Shown here: positions 57,704 through 64,000 of the stretch, piece after piece | Position numbering within the stretch: position 1 is the first letter of the stretch | How the letters are laid out: every line of letters begins with the position of its first letter | Origin: an uncultured Nitrososphaerota archaeon | Lineage (GTDB): Archaea > Thermoproteota > Nitrososphaeria > Conexivisphaerales > DTJL01 | DNA length: 64,000 nt | Reading direction: 5' to 3' | NCBI GenBank assembly: GCA_963842885.1 | Contig: CAWJIE010000004.1 | Location: 1 to 64,000, forward strand | The notes under the pieces: generated by a model | Database searches by the model: none | Told to the model about the DNA's origin: nothing | What the model saw: only the letters and a program-made list of their open reading frames with translations | Made by a program: the position numbers and the translations under genes

Positions 57704-58254
57704 GTCTTCTCTTCACCAAGGACTAGGGAGCGCCATTCGGAGACGAGCTCCCTGATCTCCCTGTAGAGGAGGAGCTCCTCCGGCGAAAGCAGGATGGTCG
57801 GCTCGGGCTGCGAAGTGTATCCCGCCATGGTCACCATCTTGACGAGCCGGGTGGTTATCAAGTCCTGAGTGCTGACCTTCACTTTCTCATAATGTGGATC
57901 GCGGGGGTTCTTCCTTCGAAGGATCATCAGATACCTGCGTAGCTTCAGGTAGATGTCCTTGGAAAGCTGGGACGGCTGGGTGGGTCCCTGAAGCTTCTCT
58001 CTCTGGAGGGCCCTGAACAGCTCTGCTTCGACGCCTTCCTCCCCCAAGTTGACGAGGTTGTTCTCCTCCAAGACCTCCGCAACCCAGCGGGGCACCTCCA
58101 CCACGTCTCCCTCGCTGACCTCCTGCAGTGTGAACGTGCTCAGCTTGGCCTCTGGGATATCAGTCCTGGCAGTAACCTTGACGGGGGACATCAAGAAGGA
58201 TGCCTCCCTGTTCTTCACGAACGTCCGGAACTGTTGCAAGGAGTCCTTTAGCAA
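57700..58254 (-). CDS. GINS subunit (Gins23-like)
   Basis: VEVPRWVAEVL, RLVKMV, LSPEELLLY; stop overlaps the mcm start. Confidence 0.8.
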   Translation of the reverse strand: MLKDSLQQFRTFVKNREASFLMSPVKVTARTDIPEAKLSTFTLQEVSEGDVVEVPRWVAEVLEENNLVNLGEEGVEAELFRALQREKLQGPTQPSQLSKDIYLKLRRYLMILRRKNPRDPHYEKVKVSTQDLITTRLVKMVTMAGYTSQPEPTILLSPEELLLYREIRELVSEWRSLVLGEEKT

Positions 58255-58365
58255 TTCTGTTTCTGGAAGACATAAGCATCAGGGTTAATTAATGATTACC
58301 AGACGGGCAAATCACCTATCTTTAATAACGGTCGAGGGTTGCTATAGGGGAGGCTGGGCGACGAA

Positions 58366-59325
58366 ATGGAATACGACGAGACACTGATGTGGGTGGAGAA
58401 GTATAGGCCGCAGGTCTTGAGCGATCTGGTGGACCAGGCGGACATCGTCGAGAGGCTGGCGGCGATCGTCAAGAAGCCTGACGACATGCCCCACCTCCTG
58501 TTCACAGGCCCTCCCGGGTCGGGGAAGACCACCGTGGCCAACTGCTTGGCCAGACAGCTCCTTAAGGAGTATTGGCGCGATTTCACCTTGGAGCTCAACG
58601 CTTCGGACGAGCGCAGGATAGACGACGTCCGACTGAAGGTGAAGGTCTTCGCCCGGCACACGGACAAGAGGGCGGACATCCCCTTCAGACTCGTCATTCT
58701 CGACGAAGCAGATTCCATGACAAACGATTCTCAGACAGCCTTGAGGAGAATCATGGAGGAGTACTCGAAGACCACCCGTTTCGTGCTGACCGCCAACTAC
58801 TCCACGGGGATAATAGAGCCCATCCAGAGCAGGTGCGCCGTCTTCAGGTTCACTAGGCTCCCCGATTCTGACGTTGTAGACTGCCTTGGAAACATATGCA
58901 AACATGAGGGCGTGAAGGCCACGGAAGGGGCCCTCGAGATGATCTATGAGCTGAGCGACGGAGACCTGCGTCAGGCCATTAACCAGCTGCAGACGACGGC
59001 TTCTGTGGGAGAGGTCAACGAGGCTAACGTTAAGCGTGTGTACGGCGTGTCAAAGAGGGCTTCGGTCAAGGAGATGGTGCAGCTGGCCGTGAAGGGCGAG
59101 TTCAAGAAGGCCCGCGAGGTACTGATCGAGCTCCTGAAGGTCTATGGGATGCCCGAGACGGACGTAATGAAATATGTCTACCAGGACCTCTCAGACATTA
59201 AGGGGGTGGACCAGACGAAGGCGGCCAAGCTCATGGCCGACTACGACTTCAGGCTTCTGGAAGGGGCTCACTCTGAAATCCAACTGACGGCCCTCCTGGC
59301 CGAGCTCTCTTCGTTGACGGCCTAG
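58366..59325 (+). CDS. rfcS: Replication factor C small subunit
   Basis: WVEKYRP, GPPGSGKTT, ELNASDER, LDEADSM, IQSRC (SRC motif). Confidence 0.95.
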   Translation: MEYDETLMWVEKYRPQVLSDLVDQADIVERLAAIVKKPDDMPHLLFTGPPGSGKTTVANCLARQLLKEYWRDFTLELNASDERRIDDVRLKVKVFARHTDKRADIPFRLVILDEADSMTNDSQTALRRIMEEYSKTTRFVLTANYSTGIIEPIQSRCAVFRFTRLPDSDVVDCLGNICKHEGVKATEGALEMIYELSDGDLRQAINQLQTTASVGEVNEANVKRVYGVSKRASVKEMVQLAVKGEFKKAREVLIELLKVYGMPETDVMKYVYQDLSDIKGVDQTKAAKLMADYDFRLLEGAHSEIQLTALLAELSSLTA

Positions 59326-60596
59326 TGGAGTTGCCAAGATTGAAGCCTTTGCGGGGGATAAAGGACTATTCGCCCGAGGAGTTCGAGAGGCTCGAAGGGT
59401 TGAGGGAGATCTTCGTGGAGCTATCTAAGCTGTACGGATTCAAGCTGATGGAGCCCGCTCCGCTGGAGCCTATTGAAACCCTGGAGGAGAAGAGCGGCCC
59501 CGGGATTCGGGATGAAATATACAACTTCAGGGATAAGGGCGACAGGGAGATTGGTCTTCGTTTTGATCTCACCGTGGGTCTCACAAGGTACGCGTGTTTC
59601 GACAGGGCGGCCGCCCTCCCCATCAGGCTGGGGAGCTTCGGTGGGGTGTTCAGGTATGACGAGCCGCAGCACGCCCGGTACCGATGGTTCTATCAGTGGG
59701 ACGTCGAGACGTACGGGAGCGGCAACCCCGAGGCGGACGCCGAGATGATTGAGTTCACCAGCCACCTCCTCAGGAAGGCTGGGGTCCGGGAGCACGTCGT
59801 GAAGATTGGCGACAGGCGGCTCGTGCAGGAGTTCATCGAGAAGAAGCTGGGCTTCACCGGCGACAAGGCCGTAGAGCTCATGAGGGCCCTCGACAAGGTC
59901 GACAAGAAGACCAAGGCGGAGCTGAAGGCAGAGTACGGAGCGAAGGGCTTCTCAGACGATGCCATCGACCGCCTCCTGGACTTCGGGGCTCTGGAGGGGA
60001 GCCCGTCCGAGGTCCTGTCCAGGTTGCAGGAGGAATCGCTTGAGTCGACCTCCAATCTCGCCGAGCTTCAGGATGAGCTTTCGGGCGGACACGCTAACAT
60101 CGAGCTCAGCGTCAGGATCGTGCGCGGGATAGATTACTACACGTCGACTGTCTATGAGGCGTTTGATCTGAAGGATTCCAGCCTCGGCGCCCTTGCTGGG
60201 GGAGGCCGGTACGACCTGCTCCCGAGCATCTTCGGGAGGAAGGACCTCCCTGCGACCGGCGTGGCAGGCGGGGCTGAAAGGCTCATGATGTCGCTCGAAG
60301 GGGGCGGCGCCCAGGGGGCGGCATCGGGACGGCCGGTCTATGTGGCTGCCGCAGGCGGCCTTGTCCGCGAGGCTCTGGCAGTCGCGGCTGAGCTGCGCGA
60401 ACACGGTATCGCGGCCGTGACGGACCTCCAGAGGCGGACCCTCGCAAGGCAGCTTCAGGAGTCGGCTCGGGTTGATGCCTCGAAGGTGGTCATAGTGGGA
60501 CCCGCGGAGTATTCTCATGGCGAACTGGTCGTCCGCGACATGGACACGCGGAAGGAGGAGCGGGTCAAGAGGGAGGAGCTCCTTCGGAGCCTCTAG
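59325..60596 (+). CDS. hisS: Histidyl-tRNA synthetase
   Basis: LRFDLTV, FRYDEPQ, RWFYQWD, VRGIDYYT, GGGRYD. Confidence 0.95.
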   Translation: MELPRLKPLRGIKDYSPEEFERLEGLREIFVELSKLYGFKLMEPAPLEPIETLEEKSGPGIRDEIYNFRDKGDREIGLRFDLTVGLTRYACFDRAAALPIRLGSFGGVFRYDEPQHARYRWFYQWDVETYGSGNPEADAEMIEFTSHLLRKAGVREHVVKIGDRRLVQEFIEKKLGFTGDKAVELMRALDKVDKKTKAELKAEYGAKGFSDDAIDRLLDFGALEGSPSEVLSRLQEESLESTSNLAELQDELSGGHANIELSVRIVRGIDYYTSTVYEAFDLKDSSLGALAGGGRYDLLPSIFGRKDLPATGVAGGAERLMMSLEGGGAQGAASGRPVYVAAAGGLVREALAVAAELREHGIAAVTDLQRRTLARQLQESARVDASKVVIVGPAEYSHGELVVRDMDTRKEERVKREELLRSL

Positions 60597-60663
60597 GACA
60601 TGGTGGATGCGCGCGATTTCAGAACCTATTATATACATCTCATGCGGTAGCCCGTGCAAAGGC

Positions 60664-62565
60664 ATGAGCGTCTTGCTCTCCGTAGTCTGCATCAAACAGG
60701 TCCCTGACACGACAGAGATCAAGATCGACCCAGAGAAGGGGACCTTGGTGCGGGAGGGCATACCTGCCGTGATCAATCCGACGGACTTGAACGCCGCGGA
60801 GGAGGCCTTGAGACTGAAGGACCAGTTCGGGGCCAGGGTCGTTGCCATGACCATGGGACCTCCCCAGGCGGAGGCCGCCCTCAGGGAGCTCGTCTCCATG
60901 GGCGTCGACAGGGCCGTCTTGATTACCGATCGGGCCATGGCCGGGGCGGACACTTATGCCACCAGCTACGCCCTCTACGCCGCGTTGAAGAAGCTGGAGC
61001 GGGAGGAGGGAGCCATCGACCTCCTCTTCTTCGGCAACAAAGCCCTAGACGGTGAGACCGGCCAGGTCGGGCCAGGCGTGGCCGCGAGGATGGGCATCCC
61101 CATCATCACCTACACCATCAAGGTCGAAGAGGTCAACCCGAAGGAGAGGTTCGCCGTAGCCGTCCGCAAAGCGGAGGACCTGGTGGAGACCATCAAGGTC
61201 TCCCTGCCTTCCGCCATCTCCGTGCTCGAGGAGACGAATCACCCTCGCAGGGCGACTCTGGACGGAATCTTCAGAGGGAGGGCGGCCAAGGTGGAGCTGT
61301 GGAACAAGGAGGCCATTCAGGCCGATCCGGCCAGGACGGGGCTCGCCGGCTCGCCCACCATCGTGAAGAGGATGTTCATCCCGAAGCCTCGAGGGAGGGG
61401 CGAGATCCTCGACGGAAGGGGAGATCCGGCGAAGGCGGCCGAATGGTTGGCTGAAAGGCTCGCCAACCTCAAGGTCTTCGGGGGCAAAGGGGTGGCCGAA
61501 GGGGCCGCAGCGGCGCGCGAAGACTTTCAGCCCGTGGTGAAGCATGACCCTAAGATGGCTTACAGCGGCGTCTGGGCCTACGTGGAGCAGAACGAGGGTC
61601 GCGTGGCCGACGTCTCTTGGGAGCTCTTGGGCGAAGGGGCCAAGGTGGCCAGGAAGCTGGACACGCAGCTTGAAGCCATCGTGATAGGCGATGACGCGGG
61701 CGCCATAGCGGAGGAGGCCCTTCGATACGGTGCGTCGAAGGTCTACCTTGTGCAGCACCCGCTCCTCAGACACTACCGAACCTTTCCCTACGCGAAGGCC
61801 TTTTCACAGGTCGCCTTGGCGAAGAAGCCACAAGTGATATTCATCGGCGCGACACGCAACGGCCGAGACCTAGCCGGGATGGTGGCCACCACCCTGGGGA
61901 CGGGGCTGACGGCGGATTGCACGATGCTGGACGTAGAGCCTGGGACGGGCCTCATGCTCCAGATCAGGCCAACTTTCGGGGGAAGCCAGCTGGCAGTGAT
62001 CATGACGCCGAAGCACATGCCCCAGATGAGCACGGTAAGACCCGGCGTCTTCGCGAAGCCTCCGAAGGGCGAGGCGAAGGGGGAGATCGTCGAGTTCAAG
62101 ACCGATCTGAAGGAGGATGAGATCCCCACGAAGCTGCTGGATTTCAAATGGATTGAGCGGCAGGGGATGGTGCAGGAGGCAGACGTGGTCGTCTCGGGAG
62201 GGATGGGCCTCAAATCCTCCAAGAACTTCCACCTGGTGGAGGAGCTCGCCGCCGCACTTGGCGGGGCAGTGGGCGCCTCCAGGAAGGCCGTGGAGTCGGG
62301 ATTCGCGGACAAGGAGAGCCAGGTGGGCCAGACTGGGAAGACGGTGAGGCCGAAGCTCTATTTCGCCGTCGGCATCTCCGGAGCGATACAGCACTTGGTG
62401 GGGATGCAGGGCGCGGAGACGGTGGTCGCGCTCAACCTGGACCCGGAGGCGCCCATCTTCAATTCTTGCAACTATGGCGTCGTGGGAGACGCCTTGAAGA
62501 TACTTCCCATCCTGGTGGAGGTCGTCAGGGCGAAGTACCCCGGCCTCAGGAGGCCTTCGGCTTGA
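60664..62565 (+). CDS. Fused electron-transfer flavoprotein beta+alpha (FixA-FixB), bifurcating type
   Basis: Beta: CIKQVPDT, NPTD, ADTYAT, DGETGQVGP, GLAGSPT. Alpha: GLTADC, RPTFGG, QVGQTG, GISGAIQH. One uninterrupted frame. Confidence 0.9.
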   Translation: MSVLLSVVCIKQVPDTTEIKIDPEKGTLVREGIPAVINPTDLNAAEEALRLKDQFGARVVAMTMGPPQAEAALRELVSMGVDRAVLITDRAMAGADTYATSYALYAALKKLEREEGAIDLLFFGNKALDGETGQVGPGVAARMGIPIITYTIKVEEVNPKERFAVAVRKAEDLVETIKVSLPSAISVLEETNHPRRATLDGIFRGRAAKVELWNKEAIQADPARTGLAGSPTIVKRMFIPKPRGRGEILDGRGDPAKAAEWLAERLANLKVFGGKGVAEGAAAAREDFQPVVKHDPKMAYSGVWAYVEQNEGRVADVSWELLGEGAKVARKLDTQLEAIVIGDDAGAIAEEALRYGASKVYLVQHPLLRHYRTFPYAKAFSQVALAKKPQVIFIGATRNGRDLAGMVATTLGTGLTADCTMLDVEPGTGLMLQIRPTFGGSQLAVIMTPKHMPQMSTVRPGVFAKPPKGEAKGEIVEFKTDLKEDEIPTKLLDFKWIERQGMVQEADVVVSGGMGLKSSKNFHLVEELAAALGGAVGASRKAVESGFADKESQVGQTGKTVRPKLYFAVGISGAIQHLVGMQGAETVVALNLDPEAPIFNSCNYGVVGDALKILPILVEVVRAKYPGLRRPSA

Positions 62566-63847
62566 CGGAGAAGTTCGACGCCATCGTCGTCGGCGCGGGA
62601 CCCGCCGGCGTCTCGGCCGCCTACGTGATGGCCAGGGCCGGCGTGAGCACAGTTGTCGTAGAAAGGGGTGAGTTCCCGGGAAGCAAGAACGTGATCGGAG
62701 GAGTCCTCTACATCAAGACCATCAACGACATCCTCCCGGGGTTCTGGAAGGAAGCGCCGCTGGAAAGGAACGTGGTGCAGCATTCCTACTGCCTGATGGG
62801 GAGGAGGGACTTCTCCACGATAAGCTACAGGAGCACGGCCTCGAAGGAGACACCCAACGGGTTCACGGTCCTGAGGTCCAAGTTCGACCGCTGGTACGCG
62901 AAGAAGGCCGAGGACGCGGGAGCCACCATCATTCTGAAGACCAACGTAACCGAGCTACTCCAGGAAGGAGGGAGGGTAGTCGGCGTGAGGACGGACAGGG
63001 GCGACCTGAAGGCGGACGTGACCATCGTGTCCGAGGGCGCGAACACCATGCTGTGTGAGAAGGCGAGCCTCATCGTGAAGCCGAGGCCGGACCAGATGGC
63101 CCTCGCCGTCAGAGAGATCATCTCACTTCCAGCCGACAGGATACAGGAGAGGTTCGGGCTCAGGGAGGGCGAGGGTGCCGCGATACATTACATAGGATTC
63201 GCGTTCAAGGGGCTCGTCGGCTTCGGGTTCGTCTACACTAATAGGGACTCCCTCTCCGTCGGGCTGGGTGCGACCCTCTCCACGATGATGAAGGCGAAGA
63301 TCAGGCCCTATGACCTTATGGAGAGTTTCAAGGAGGAGCCGTCCGTGGCCCCGTACATCGCGAACGGGCTCGTCAAGGAGTACCAGGCTCACATGATACC
63401 GGAGGGAGGCTACCGCGGGATGCCCAGGCTGGCAGCGGACGGCGTGCTGGTGGCGGGTGATTCCGCGATGTTGTCCAACCCTGTCACGGGCGAGGGCGCC
63501 GACCTCGCCGTGCTTTCAGGGAGGCTTGCCGGAGAGACCGTGGCCCTCGCCAAGAAGTCGGGCGACTTCTCCGCGAGATACCTGGACATCTACCGGAGGA
63601 CGCTCTCCAGCTCGTTCGTCATCAGCGACATGAAGAAGCAGGCCGGACTGCTCCACTACATCGAGGAGAACATAGACATCATCGACCGCTACCCCGAGGC
63701 CATCAACGCCGCGCTGGAGGAATGGTTCAGAGTGGATGGCGCAACAAGGGGGAGAAGATAAAGAGAATCGAAGGCATCATTATATCGAAGAGGAGGCCGG
63801 CGAAGATAATCGGGGACATTTACACCTTCGGGAGAAAGCTGCTTTGA
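62562..63847 (+). CDS. fixC: FixC/EtfC FAD-dependent ETF:quinone oxidoreductase, frameshift in G-run ~63750
   Basis: VGAGPAG, ERGEFPGSKN, GFGFVYTN, AHMIPEGG, AGDSA. Confidence 0.9.
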
Positions 63848-64000
63848 GACTGGAAGAGAAGCTCTACCTGCTCCGGCATGTCGTGGACGAGAAGTCGCAC
63901 ATCGGCGTGGACGAGGAGAAGTGCGCCCGGTGCAATGACAAGTTCTGCCTTGATATCTGTCCCGCCAACGTCTACTCTTACAGCGACCTAAGGGTATTCA
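63844..64000 (+). CDS. fixX: FixX ferredoxin-like protein (3'-truncated)
   Basis: TTG overlapping the fixC stop: MRLEEKLYLL...SHI...CARC..KFCLDICPANVY. Confidence 0.85.
   Translation, partial: MRLEEKLYLLRHVVDEKSHIGVDEEKCARCNDKFCLDICPANVYSYSDLRVF

Noticed and set aside
58255-58365. Replication origin between GINS and rfcS
   Set aside because: Short, with no ORB repeats or adjacent cdc6/orc1; explained by divergent TATA boxes.
55658-59325. Inteins in MCM, RFC or RtcB
   Set aside because: Lengths are normal and motifs contiguous.

Overview
The window is not one genome but three apparently unrelated segments joined end to end. All three carry single-base indels typical of unpolished long-read sequence, so many genes are split across frames. 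(1) ~1-9830 is a GC-rich bacterium, inferred Planctomycetota-like: FHA-Ser/Thr kinase, DUF167, PNP, ileS, a membrane protein and a truncated PrsA/parvulin. (2) ~9830-16555 is a second bacterium, inferred Armatimonadota-like: TonB-receptor tail, YfiR, hybrid histidine kinase/Hpt, REC-GGDEF-EAL and a LamG protein tail, with a REP-like palindrome family. (3) ~16555-64000 is a GC-rich archaeon, inferred non-ammonia-oxidising Nitrososphaerota/TACK: S53 protease, aEF-2, Mre11-Rad50, KorAB, RtcB-EndA, DGGGP synthase, RFC, XPF, Hel308-MCM-GINS, HisRS and fused EtfBA-FixCX. The best leads are an archaeal module of YgeW-like carbamoyltransferase, carbamate kinase, PLP lyase and Lrp; a 26-codon micro-gene with its own palindromic operator, TATA box and terminator opposite an ArsR regulator; a structured ORF-free RNA candidate opposite a Fur/PerR gene; and REP palindromes read in-frame as protein tails. 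No rRNA, tRNA, CRISPR array or transposase was recognised. All calls come from reading motifs by eye; no searches were run.
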